Source: an uncultured Verrucomicrobiae bacterium
Lineage (GTDB): Bacteria > Verrucomicrobiota > Verrucomicrobiia > Limisphaerales > JAFGQR01
Direction of reading: 5' to 3'
Assembly (NCBI GenBank): GCA_963788655.1
Contig: CAWBHS010000104.1
Span: forward strand, 1-60,513
Length of the DNA: 60,513 nt
Positions 1 to 13,903 of the stretch are shown here, one piece after another. Made by a program: the position numbers and the translations under genes. Position 1 is the stretch's first letter. Each line of letters starts with the position of its first letter. The notes beneath the pieces are model-generated. The model saw nothing but the letters and a program-made list of their open reading frames with translations, was not told the origin of the DNA and did no database searches.

Positions 1-479
1 CACGAGACGTTCGAACACCTCGAACTCGCGGTCGGACAACTTCTCATGCGGGGTTGGGTTGAGGGAAGACGCAATTCGCCGATCACTCGCTCGGTCATCG
101 CCGCGCTGGTGTAAATCCCTCCGGCAACCACCTTGCGGATCGCCTCGACCAGGGCCTCCGCCGCCGCCTGTTTGCTCAAGTAGCCGTCGGCGCCAGCCTT
201 CAGAACGCGGACGGCCAACTGCTGTTCCGGCGCACTGCTCAGCACCAGCACGGGCAGGCGAGGGTGACGCTGCCGTATTTCGGACAACACCTCCATTCCG
301 CCGCGGCCGGGCATGAAGATGTCCAGCACGATAACGTCCCAAGACTTCTCCCCCAAGCGCGCGATGGTTTCCTGCGTGGTACCGGCCTCGCCAAATTCGG
401 CCTTAGGAAACGCGTCGGCGAGGATCTGTATCAAGCCCTGCCGCAGAATGCTGTGATCATCGGCCAGTAGTATCTTCAT
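1..479 (-). CDS. NarL/FixJ-family DNA-binding response regulator (3' end runs off the window; not in ORF track)
   Basis: Manual translation from ATG 479: MKILLADDHSILRQGLIQIL...DVIVLDIFMPGRGG...GADGYLSK, then HEKLSDREFEV (start of a LuxR HTH) after a 1-nt shift near 55. ATGA overlap with the upstream stop. Confidence 0.9.
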   Translation of the reverse strand, partial: MKILLADDHSILRQGLIQILADAFPKAEFGEAGTTQETIARLGEKSWDVIVLDIFMPGRGGMEVLSEIRQRHPRLPVLVLSSAPEQQLAVRVLKAGADGYLSKQAAAEALVEAIRKVVAGGIYTSAAMTERVIGELRLPSTQPRMRSCPTASSRCSNVS

Positions 480-1600
480 GGCTTTTCCTCATCATCGGTC
501 AGGGGAATACGCACGTGAACGGTGGTACCCAAACCCGGTTTGCCGGCAATTTCAAATTCTCCCCCCAGCAGGAGTGCGCGCTCCCGCATGCCCAACAACC
601 CCAACGAGTGCAGATCGTCGAGGCGGCTGGAATCAATTCCCCGCCCATTGTCTTCAATCGTCAAGCCCAGGAAACGGTCCCGGCCGCCCAGGCTGACCAC
701 GACGCGGCTCGCCTGGGCATGGCGGGCGACATTCGTGAGGCTTTCCTGCAGGATGCGAAACAGCGCCGTCGCCCCTTCGCGACTCAGTTTGGGGTTCTCC
801 TGAGGGAGACTGGCTTCGCATTCAATTCCAGTACGGTCGCGGAAATCCTGAAGTTGCCATTCAATCGCCGCAACCAAACCCAGCGCATCGAGTACCACCG
901 GACGCAAAAACGTGGCAATCTCCTGCACAGCAGCGGCGGCCTCGTCGGTCAAGCTCGCCATGCCAGTTAGCTTCGCCTGAATCTCCGCCCGCGCCGGTTC
1001 TTCGATGGGCCCGTCCAGACGCCGGGCAATGCAGGTCACATCCAGTTTCAGGCGGGTCAAGTGCTGGGCCAGCACGTCATGGATGTCCCGGGCAATCTGC
1101 GTGCGTTCTTCTTCGCGCACGACTTGGAGTCGCGCCGCCAGGGCCCGGAGTTGCTGCGTGCGTTGGGTCACCCGCCGCTCCAGATTCTGCCGATGCTCGT
1201 GGTTCTCCTGTTCGAGCCGGCGCCGTTCATCGTCCAGGGCCCGGAGTTGCGCCGCGTTGCCGACCACCCGCTGGATGGCGTCCTTGGTCACGGGCTTGCA
1301 CAAATAGTCAAAGGCGCCGGCGCGCAGGGCGGCGGCGGCCGTTTCCGCCGTGGGTTCGCCGGTCATCATCACCACGACCACCCGCGGGGCCTGCCGGCGG
1401 ATCTTTTCGAGCAACTCGACGCCAGTCATTTGCGGCAGGTAAATGTCCGTCACCACCACGTCGAATCCTTGCTCGCCCAGGAGCCCCAGGGCCGTTTCCG
1501 CATCCGCGGCGGTTTGAACGTCGTGGCCGGCATCGGTGAGAAACGCGCTCAAGGTTCGCCGGAGGCTCGGTTCGTCTTCAACCATCAAGATTCGAGCCAT
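476..1600 (-). CDS. Receiver + HisKA_3 hybrid sensor histidine kinase
   Basis: MARILMVEDE receiver domain (DVVVTDIYLP), EEERTQIARDIHD H-box, ESLTNVARHA N-box, DNGRG and GLLGMRER. Start moved from 1690 to ATG 1600. Confidence 0.93.
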   Translation of the reverse strand: MARILMVEDEPSLRRTLSAFLTDAGHDVQTAADAETALGLLGEQGFDVVVTDIYLPQMTGVELLEKIRRQAPRVVVVMMTGEPTAETAAAALRAGAFDYLCKPVTKDAIQRVVGNAAQLRALDDERRRLEQENHEHRQNLERRVTQRTQQLRALAARLQVVREEERTQIARDIHDVLAQHLTRLKLDVTCIARRLDGPIEEPARAEIQAKLTGMASLTDEAAAAVQEIATFLRPVVLDALGLVAAIEWQLQDFRDRTGIECEASLPQENPKLSREGATALFRILQESLTNVARHAQASRVVVSLGGRDRFLGLTIEDNGRGIDSSRLDDLHSLGLLGMRERALLLGGEFEIAGKPGLGTTVHVRIPLTDDEEKP

Positions 1601-1608
1601 AGCTGACT

Positions 1609-2838
<1,230 letters not shown>

Positions 2839-2842
2839 AATT

Positions 2843-2896
2843 GGATTGCGGATTGCGGACCTTCCATTGCGGAATGCGGATTGCGGATTGCGGATT
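2843..2896. repeat. Heptamer tandem array (ATTGCGG/AATGCGG), downstream arm of four-helix-bundle cassette 1
   Basis: Six units in register from 2845 to 2893, with one in-register 7-nt variant ACCTTCC (2859-2865). It is the reverse complement of the array at 3323-3371. Confidence 0.95.
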
Positions 2897-2898
2897 CG

Positions 2899-3252
2899 TT
2901 ACGGGCGACGGCGGGTTGTGTTGATGGACGCGACGGTGATGGCGACCAATTCGTCCGCTTCCTTCAGCAAGAGATCCAACTTGCGTTGTTTCACCAGCCC
3001 GGCATCCACCAGAAGTTCCATCCAGTAGCTGGTTTCGTCGGCTTCTTCCTCCACCGTGCCCATTTTGGAGATAAAGTCGGCGTTCGATTTAGCCCGGCAG
3101 GCAGCGCGGTAGTTGGCCCCAACCGATGTACCCGCCCGCAGCAGTTGCCGGCCCAGCACCCGGCCCGTTTGGGTCGCGGGTATCGTTTCCACCAGTTTGA
3201 TGATTCGCAAGGCGAAGGCCTTCGTTCGTTGTTTCATTTGGTTCGCATCCAT
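2899..3252 (-). CDS. Four helix bundle protein (23S rRNA IVP / TIGR02436-like), 117 aa
   Basis: MDANQMKQRTKAFALRIIKL...QLLRAGTSVGANYRAACRAKSNADFISKMGTVEEEADETSYWMELL. AGGA lies upstream of ATG 3252. The longer ORF-track start reads through the repeat array. Confidence 0.92.
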   Translation of the reverse strand: MDANQMKQRTKAFALRIIKLVETIPATQTGRVLGRQLLRAGTSVGANYRAACRAKSNADFISKMGTVEEEADETSYWMELLVDAGLVKQRKLDLLLKEADELVAITVASINTTRRRP

Positions 3253-3322
3253 ACGTGTCCTGATTCTCTGAGTTTCAACGTTAGTTTGGCGTCCTGTGGA
3301 TGGACGCGTCCGAATTCTGAAC

Positions 3323-3370
3323 CCGCAATCCGCATTCCGCATTCCGCAATCCGCATTCCGCATTCCGCAA

Positions 3371-3371
<1 letters not shown>
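3323..3371. repeat. Heptamer tandem array (CCGCAAT/CCGCATT x7), upstream arm of cassette 1
   Basis: Seven contiguous units in the order AAT,ATT,ATT,AAT,ATT,ATT,AAT (21-nt super-period). The array abuts the stop codon of the upstream kinase. Confidence 0.95.
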
Positions 3372-6516
<3,145 letters not shown>

Positions 6517-6566
6517 GAAGAGCGACCTTGGTTAAATTTGGCCGTAGCGGCGTCATGACCGGCGGA

Positions 6567-6670
6567 GGGGGGCGAAGCGGAGGTCGGACAGCTTCCAGAG
6601 TTGACGATCTTGCGGTGACCGTCAGGTGCCAACCCGTTGCCTCGCCTCTGGAAACTCCTGCCTCGCCCCC
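6567..6670 (-). promoter_or_regulatory. Candidate structured leader RNA upstream of the sensor kinase
   Basis: Nested stems GGGGGCGA/TCGCCCCC, AGTTTCCAGAG/CTCTGGAAGCT and TGACGGTC/GATCGTCA. The two inner-stem mismatches read as G-U pairs only on the minus strand. Confidence 0.35.
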
Positions 6671-6903
6671 ACACACTTAAGAGGAGATGGTTCGTTCCAA
6701 TCCAACTTAGCCTGTCCATGCTCACTTGCTTGTCTTCATCCGAAGATACGCTCGCTCGAATCCAACTTACCCAGCTGACTTGTCCCTTATCAATCGCTAA
6801 GTTAGGCATGAGGCGGGCTGCTTGCAAGGCATAAGAGACGTTTGGCTTGTAGGAAGATTCTGACAAACGCTGACCACTGGCCTGACGCCGCCAAGCGGCC
6901 CTT

Positions 6904-7559
6904 TCACACCAACCCGTGGCTGGACGGCGTATTGCACCAACTCGGCCACGCTGTCGCAGCGGAGTTTCTTGAGAATCCGGGTGCGATAGGTGCTGACGGT
7001 CTTCTGGCTCAACCCCAGTTCGCCCGCAATGGCCTTGCCCGCCTTGCCGATGGCGGTCAAGCGCAGGATCTGAAACTCACGTTCCGACAAGGTTTCGTGG
7101 GGCAATTCGTTTCGGTCGGAGGCCAGGTTCCGTCGCCAGCCGCGCGGTCGAGGGACGGATTGAGGTATTTCCCTCCGGCCACGATCGTCCGAACGGCGAT
7201 GCCGAGTTCCTCCGGCGCCCGTTCCTTGGTCAGGTAACCCACCGCGCCCGGCGCGCAACGCGTGAACCGCAAATTGGTCTTCCGGGTGGGCGCTGTAGAT
7301 CAGCACCGGCAACGCAGGCAGCCGCTCCTTGACCTCCCGCAGCACGTCCAATCCATGCCGGTCTGGAAGACTCGATATCGAGGATCAGCAGGCTCCAGCT
7401 TCGCTGCTCCAGCAACGCAAATGTTTCGCGCGCATCGCGCGCCTCGCCGAACACGATCCGCGGGAATTCCTCTTGCAGAATCTGTTTGATGCCCAACCGT
7501 GTGGTGGCGTGATCCTCGGTGAGAAGGATGCTAAGCCGGTTGGGTTTAGCCTTGCTCAT
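6904..7559 (-). CDS. NarL-family response regulator (frameshifted)
   Basis: MSKAKPNRLSILLTEDHATTRLGIKQIL...LLILDI, then HETLSEREFQIL...IAGELGLSQKTVSTYRTRILKKL...LVQYAVQHGLV across adjacent frames. Confidence 0.85.
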
Positions 7560-9202
7560 GCCCGCCGAGTGGGGATGGAAACCGTGACGCTGGTTCCCTG
7601 GTCCGGCGTGCCGGCAAGCGTGAACTCGCCACCCAAGGCGGCGGCCCGTTCGCGCATCCCCAGCAGTCCCAAGTGCATGCGGGCTGGACTGTTCCGCCGG
7701 GGTGATGCCGCGCCCGTTGTCGCGCACCTGGAGCACGAGACGCCCCGCTTTCTCCGTCAACCGAACCTCGACGCGGGTGGCCTGGGCATGCCGGGCGACG
7801 TTGATCAGAATCTCCTGAAAGACGCGAAACAAGGCCGTGACTTGCGCCGCATCCAAGGCGGGTGGATTCTCCGGGGTATCCACGCCGCACCGAATGCGCG
7901 TGCGGTCTTGAAATTCCCGGGCTTGCCATTCGATGGCCGCCGCCAGTCCCAGCGCATCCAGGACCGGGGGACGCAAATCCGTGGCGATCCGCCGCACGGC
8001 CTGCGCTTCGCTCTCGACGCGCCGGCTCATCGCGGCGATTCGTTTGCGGATGGCGCTGCGGCCCGTGAACCCGGCGTCCGTCAATCGTCTGGCCAGCCAG
8101 GCAAGGTCGAGTTTCAAATCGGTGAAGGCGTGCCCCAGTTCATCATGGATTTCTCGGGCCATGCGCGTTCTGGCTTCCTCACGCTCTCCGTCCAATCGTG
8201 CCGTCAACGCCCGCAACGCCTGGCGGGAACGCAGTAATTCCTCCTCCACCAGCTTGCGCTCGGTGATGTTCTCATGGGCGACCACGATCCGGGCAGCGGC
8301 TTCGCCGGGGAAACGGGTCACCCGGACATTAAACCATCGCTGCAGGTCGGGCGAATGGCAGGGATATTCCAGTGAAAACTCCTCCCGGTTGCCGCCCATC
8401 ACGGCGCGCAAGCCTCGCAGCGCCTCGCGACGCTTTCGTCCGCTTCACGCCGAAGGCTGCCTTCGCAAACGGTGAGGTAATTTGCCCCAAGGTAGGCCTC
8501 CGAGTGCAAGGCCCCGTTGTCCTGGGCAAAGCGTCTCCACGCTTCATTCACGGCGATGATGACGCCCTGCGTATCGAGCACGGCAATGTGGGCGGTGAGC
8601 GAGTTGAGGACACTCCTCGCAAAACGTTCGCTGTCGCCCAGCGCCTTCTCGCTCCGCTTGATTTCCGTGATGTCCATCAGCACCACTCGGCATTCCTGAC
8701 CCTCCCCGGAGTCGAAGGCCCGGAGTTGGACGCTCAGCGGCGGTTTGCCTTTGAACGAGAGACGCTCTTCACCGGTTTCCGGAGCATGGGTCTCAAAGGC
8801 GCGGGTCAAAAGGGCATCGAACGTGGAACGGTCTTCATTAGCGACAAACACCGCCAAGCGCCGGTTCAACAAGCGCGAGCGTTCGACTGCCAGCAGGCGG
8901 GCTGCGGCCAGGTTGGCCTGCCGAATGGTACCGTCACGGGCCAGCGTGAGAAGTCCCGCCGGAGGGAAATCATAGAGTTCAGTGTAGCGCTCCAGCGCCG
9001 CCGCGAGCTCGTCCTTGGTCCGGCGCAACTCCTCGTTCTGCATTTCCAGTTCGACCTGATGAACCTGTAGTTCGTGCAGAAGCCGCGCCGTGTCTCCTTC
9101 CGTCTTTGGCCCTCCGCTTTTGGGCTTCTGGCGCTTAAGGTGCGCTTCCGCGCGGCGGCGCATTCCGGCGGCGTCCCCAGGAGGTTGGTGGTCTTGCTTC
9201 AT
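7556..9202 (-). CDS. PAS-PAS HisKA_3 sensor histidine kinase (frameshifted near 8420 and 7670)
   Basis: LLHELQVHQVELEMQNEEL, PAS domains, RMAREIHDELGH, EILINVARHA, DNGRG. The stop overlaps the ATG of the regulator. Confidence 0.85.
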
Positions 9203-9335
9203 GGTGGTGGCCCCGCATTCTCGTAGCCTGACGGTGCGCGGCTAAATCGCCCCGCCCACCGGCCCACCCTTTCGTGGGTGAATCATTACCTCGCGCGGCG
9301 GCGGGCCAACGCGGCGGCGGACTTTCGTTTCAGCA

Positions 9336-10382
9336 TCATTCCCCATATCCGCTTCCCCGCGTCTTGGTTTTCACCCGGCACAAAAACATGTCCGCCGTGA
9401 TGTAAAGGACCGAACCATCGTCCCCCCAGGCACAGTTGGCCGTGGCTTGGCCGGTGAGCAGCGTGCCCAGGTGTTTGCCCGCCGGAGAAATGATCAGCAC
9501 TCCACCGGGGCCGGTGGCGAACAGGTTGCCGCGCTGGTCCACTTTCAATCCATCCGGCAAACCCTGACGGTCCTGCGCTTGCAGCGGCTTGGCGTCAAAG
9601 AACACCCGTCCGTTCGCGATCGTACCGTCGGCCTGAATGTCGTACGCCATGATGGCCGGGTGTTGTGAATCCGACACCGCCACGTAAAGGATCTTTTCGT
9701 CCGGCGAAAACGCGAGGCCATTCGGAAACGCCAGGTTGTCGGTCAACAGCGTTAATCCGCCGTTGGGTTTCACACGATAGACACCTTGGAATGGCAGTTC
9801 TTTCGCGGGGTCTTTCAGGTTGCCCGGAAGCCCGTAGGGCGGATCGGTGAAATAGAGGTCGCCATTGGATTTAAAGACGAGATCATTCGGGCTGTTGAAC
9901 CGTTTGCCCTGGTAACGGTCGGCCAGCGTGGCGAACGTGCCATCCTGGTCCAATCGGGCCACGCGCCGATCACCGTGCTGACACAGCACCAACCGTCCCT
10001 GGCGGTCCACGGTCAGGCCATTGGAGCCGGATTCGCCGCCGCGCGGATTCGTGCCGGTGTAACCGCTCGGTTTGAGATACTGGCTGATCCCGGCGCCTTG
10101 CTTCCACTGATAGACCACATTCTGCGGCACATCGGAGAAAACGAGGTAACCGGCTTGCGGGATCCAGACGGGGCCCTCGGACCAATCGAAGCCTTCGGCC
10201 AGCACCTCAATCTCGGCGCCGGGCGGGATCAAGGCGTCCAGTTGCGGATCAAGATGCTCAACCCGGCCCAAGGTTTTGCGGGTCGGCTCGAAAGCGCCGG
10301 CGGCCAGGAGCCAATCCGGCGAAGCAACCAGGGCGACAGTGATGACCAGCAGGAAGGCATTGGTGGACGACTTGATTGTCAT
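9336..10382 (-). CDS. SMP-30/gluconolactonase/LRE family protein, secreted
   Basis: FDWSEGPVW, SNGLTVD, FNSPNDL, PNGLAFSPDE and PDGLKVD motifs. Signal-like N-terminus from ATG 10382. Confidence 0.93.
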   Translation of the reverse strand: MTIKSSTNAFLLVITVALVASPDWLLAAGAFEPTRKTLGRVEHLDPQLDALIPPGAEIEVLAEGFDWSEGPVWIPQAGYLVFSDVPQNVVYQWKQGAGISQYLKPSGYTGTNPRGGESGSNGLTVDRQGRLVLCQHGDRRVARLDQDGTFATLADRYQGKRFNSPNDLVFKSNGDLYFTDPPYGLPGNLKDPAKELPFQGVYRVKPNGGLTLLTDNLAFPNGLAFSPDEKILYVAVSDSQHPAIMAYDIQADGTIANGRVFFDAKPLQAQDRQGLPDGLKVDQRGNLFATGPGGVLIISPAGKHLGTLLTGQATANCAWGDDGSVLYITADMFLCRVKTKTRGSGYGE

Positions 10383-10417
10383 AAGGCATTTCCGCGTTGT
10401 GCCGGTAACCCTCAAAC

Positions 10418-10477
10418 GCTCCGGTCGGCGGGTCAAGGCGAAAGCTCCGGTCGGCGGGTCAAGGCGAAAGCTCCGGT
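10418..10477. repeat. 26-bp tandem duplication
   Basis: GCTCCGGTCGGCGGGTCAAGGCGAAA twice, plus a partial third copy GCTCCGGT. Confidence 0.85.
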
Positions 10478-10693
10478 GGCTGGAACGGCAGTTCTGTTGA
10501 TCACGTCCAGACCGGGAAATCTCCATCGGCATTAAAGCGACGACGAACTGGAACGGGGGGCCGGCGGGAGTGCTAATTATAAGTTGTGCAAAAACTGCTT
10601 GGCAAGTGGTTGGCATTTAGTAGATTCTGAATTTGTCCGCAATGCCCGCATGGAGCGGGCGCGCGACAAAACAACGGCAAACCAGAAAAAACT

Positions 10694-10816
10694 ATGAAAC
10701 TATTCACAACTCTGTTGGCACTGATTGCTTGCTTGGTGCTTGTTGGTTGCTCGGGCGGAGGATCGGAAAGTGATTCGGGAACCAATGCCCCGCCTACGAA
10801 TGCCCCGGCCAAGTAG
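10694..10816 (+). CDS. Small 40-aa lipoprotein (below ORF-track cut-off)
   Basis: MKLFTTLLALIACLVLVGCSGGGSESDSGTNAPPTNAPAK*: basic N-terminus, hydrophobic core, lipobox LVGC. Confidence 0.7.
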   Translation: MKLFTTLLALIACLVLVGCSGGGSESDSGTNAPPTNAPAK

Positions 10817-10901
10817 AGTGGATAAATAATCCAGTGGCATCCGGCTGCGGTTTGGTTTGACGCCGGATGCGACTGGTGATACCTAAGCCGGTCAGCGTGT
10901 T

Positions 10902-11249
10902 ATGAAAGCATCTATCTTTCTAGTCCTGTTGGCCGGCTTGGCCATTTTAGGTTGTAACAAGCAAACGACTGAAACCGGGAAACCGCCTGCCGACAGTGGC
11001 AATCCCCTGGATGCGCCCGCCCAGTATGGCGGCGCCTTGATTCAGGGTCAGCGTAAGGCGGTCATCACCGCGGACGTGGCGTCCATCAGTCAGGCGATCA
11101 AGATGTTCTACACCACGGAAGGACGTTACCCGAAAGACTTGAAGGAGATCGTCTCACCGGATTACCTCCCCAAGTTGCCGGAACCGCCGCGGGGCATGAA
11201 GTTCGATTACAACCCCAAGACCGGCGAGGTGAAAGTGGTGAAGCAATAA
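10902..11249 (+). CDS. Hypothetical lipoprotein with pseudopilin-like C-terminal region
   Basis: Lipobox AILGC. ISQAIKMFYTTEGRYPKDLKEIV resembles the helix-loop of GspG-like proteins. Confidence 0.75.
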   Translation: MKASIFLVLLAGLAILGCNKQTTETGKPPADSGNPLDAPAQYGGALIQGQRKAVITADVASISQAIKMFYTTEGRYPKDLKEIVSPDYLPKLPEPPRGMKFDYNPKTGEVKVVKQ

Positions 11250-11278
11250 TCGGCGACACCCTGGCTTTGGCGGCAACA

Positions 11279-11310
11279 AGCGTCGGGCGCGGCCTGGCGC
11301 TTTTTTTATT
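11279..11310 (+). terminator. Probable intrinsic terminator
   Basis: AGCGTCGGG/CCTGGCGCT stem (with G-U pairs) followed by a T-run after the lipoprotein gene. Confidence 0.55.
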
Positions 11311-11363
11311 CTTTTTGGCTCGCCATACCCCGCCGGCCCGGTAAAAACCTTCTCCCTCATTTC

Positions 11364-12918
11364 ATGATTGAGCAAATCGTCATTCTCGATTTTGGGTCGC
11401 AATACACGCAGGTCATTGCCCGGCGCATCCGCGAGTGCAACGTCTATTCGCACCATCCTGCGCTTACGACACCCCGGCGCACGAAGATCGCCGCGACTGA
11501 AGCCCAGCGGGCTGATCTCTGTCCGGCGGGCCGTCCAGCGTGTACGCCGAAGGCGCCGCTGCCGGACAAGGGCATTTTCAAGCTGGGCGTGCCGATGCTC
11601 GGCATCTGTTACGGCCTGCAACTGCTGGCGCAATATCTCGGCGGCAAAGTCGGAACGGGTCAGAAACGTGAATACGGCAAAGGCACACTGAGCGTCATGG
11701 ACCGCAGCCTGCGCAGTTGTTCGCCAACCTGCCGCGCAGCTTGCAGGTCTGGAATTCGCACGGCGACAAGCTCACCCGACTGCCCGAGGGCTTCAAGCCC
11801 GTGGCGGCGACCGCGACAATTCGCGATTACGCCGCCATCGAGCATCGGCGCAAAAAGATTCTTTGGCCTGCAGTTTCATCCCGAAGTCGTCCACACGCCG
11901 CGCGGCAGGGAAATCATCACCAATTTCGTCCACCGCGTCTGCGGCTGCGGCAAGGACTGGACGATGCGCAATTACGTCGAGCAGGCCGTGGAGGAAATCC
12001 GCGCGCAGGTCGGCGACGGAACGCGTCATTCTCGGCCTGAGCGGCGGCGTGGATTCCAGCGTGGCGGCGGCGCTGATTCACAGGGCCATCGGCGATCAAC
12101 TCACCTGCATTTTCGTCAACAACGGCGTGCTTCGCGCGGACGCGAAGCCGGACGTGGTGCGGGAAGTATTCGGCCGCACTTCAAAATGAAGCTGCAATAC
12201 GAGGACGCTTCGAAGCTGTTCCTCCGGCGGCTCAAGGGCGTCACCGAGCCGGAACGCAAACGCAAAATCATCGGCCGGACGTTCATCGAAGTGTTCCAAG
12301 CCGCCACGCGCAACGGGCGGGCAAGGCGAAGTTTCTCGCGCAGGGCACGCTTTACCCGGACGTCATCGAGTCGGTGCCCATCGGCGGCAATCCCGCCGCG
12401 CTCATCAAGAGCCATCACAACGTCGGCGGCCTGCCCAAGAAGATGAAGTTCGAGCTCGTCGAACCGTTGAAATGCCTGTTCAAGGACGAAGTGCGCCTGC
12501 TCGGCCTCGAACTCGGTTTGCCCAAGGAGATCGTCTGTCGGCAGCCGTTCCCCGGCCCCGGCCTGGCCGTGCGCATCCTCGGCGAAGTCACGCCGCGCGC
12601 GTTGCAACATTCTGCGCGAAGCCGACGCCATCGTGGTCGAGGAAATGAAAGCCAGCGGCTGGTACTACAAGATCTGGCAGAGCTTCGCGGTGCTGCTGCC
12701 GGTGCGCAGCGTGGGCGTGATGGGCGACGAGCGCACCTACGATTACACCATCGCCATGCGCGCCGTGGAATCGCAGGACGGCATGACCGCCGATTGGGTG
12801 AAGCTGCCTTACGACTTGCTGGAGAAGCTCTCCAGCCGCATCATCAACGAGGTGAAAGGCGTCAACCGGCTGCTTCGACATCACCAGCAAACCGCCCGGG
12901 ACGATCGAGTGGGAGTGA
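11364..12918 (+). CDS. guaA: GMP synthase (glutamine-hydrolysing), many frameshifts
   Basis: [70 protein letters not shown] and terminal KPPGTIEWE, spread over three frames. Confidence 0.93.
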
Positions 12919-12942
12919 GGCGAGGTTTCATCAGGTCCGATA

Positions 12943-13293
12943 TTATCCGCAAACAGAGTTCTGAGCCCATTGGGCTGAATCTGCGTAGTTGAAAGATTGA
13001 TCTGGATGGAAGGAAGCTGTACAGTCAAAAACCCCTTGATTCCCACCGTCAAACTTGAAGTAAATGCCCTCGAGATATACGCCGTTACGAAAGGAAAACA
13101 GATCGAACGATGAACCAGCAATCACTTCCTGAAACCGAGCTGATCCTCTGAAACCAGTGGCGGTACCACCGTTATATTCGGAGAACTCGCGAAAAGGAGA
13201 GAAACGAAATGTGCCCTCCTCTTGGGCCAAACCGGTTGAGATAGTTGCGGTTAAGAGCAGCAAACTGGGTAGAACCAGACGTACAGTTTTCAT
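12943..13293 (-). CDS. Hypothetical secreted protein (lower-GC patch)
   Basis: Signal peptide-like [24 protein letters not shown]. No recognisable domain. Confidence 0.5.
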   Translation of the reverse strand: MKTVRLVLPSLLLLTATISTGLAQEEGTFRFSPFREFSEYNGGTATGFRGSARFQEVIAGSSFDLFSFRNGVYLEGIYFKFDGGNQGVFDCTASFHPDQSFNYADSAQWAQNSVCG

Positions 13294-13297
13294 AGTC

Positions 13298-13621
13298 TTA
13301 CATAATCCAAGAATCTTCCAGCACTTCGCGAATCGAGTTAAAACGTTCGCTGTCATCCTCGAAGGCGCCGGTAATCGGTGTTCCATCAGGCTCAAAGTCA
13401 TCCTGACTGAAGACTTGTGCGGTGCTCGCACCAATAACCACCGGCGATCCTGAATGCTGGAGAATCACATTATTGGCTAACAAAGCCGCACGGGTTGAAC
13501 CGAGGGTTATGGCTTGGGGTTCTCCACTCTCGTCCGGTTCACTATCGGGCGGCACAATGAGGTTGCCATGCAAAACCAGCGTTTCGGCGACAAACCTGAA
13601 CGATACAAGATCTAAGTTCAT
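13298..13621 (-). CDS. Hypothetical acidic protein (lower-GC patch)
   Basis: Open frame ending 4 nt before the next ATG, suggesting a gene pair. No recognisable motif and the start is uncertain. Confidence 0.4.
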   Translation of the reverse strand: MNLDLVSFRFVAETLVLHGNLIVPPDSEPDESGEPQAITLGSTRAALLANNVILQHSGSPVVIGASTAQVFSQDDFEPDGTPITGAFEDDSERFNSIREVLEDSWIM

Positions 13622-13903
13622 GGCGACCCAATAAGAACTCGAGTAATACTGACCGATCCTTAACACGCCCCTCCAGCATGTCAACAGCAAGTTAGAAGAT
13701 GCTTATGCGCGGTTTTTTTGTCTGATTACTGATCACGGATTACTGGTCACGCTTATTTCAGGTCCAGTGCGAACATGCCCCTTGTTTCTGCAGCGCAGTT
13801 TTTCAATCGGCTGGCCGACGCGGTCTGGGAGCCACCAACCCGCGAACATGCATGAGCGCCAATCCCGCTTGATCTGGTCGTAGGATTCTGCGAGGTTCTG
13901 CCC

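Noticed and set aside
11364..12918. Programmed frameshifting or true pseudogenisation of guaA
   Set aside because: The indels are numerous and scattered with catalytic motifs intact, which fits sequencing error.
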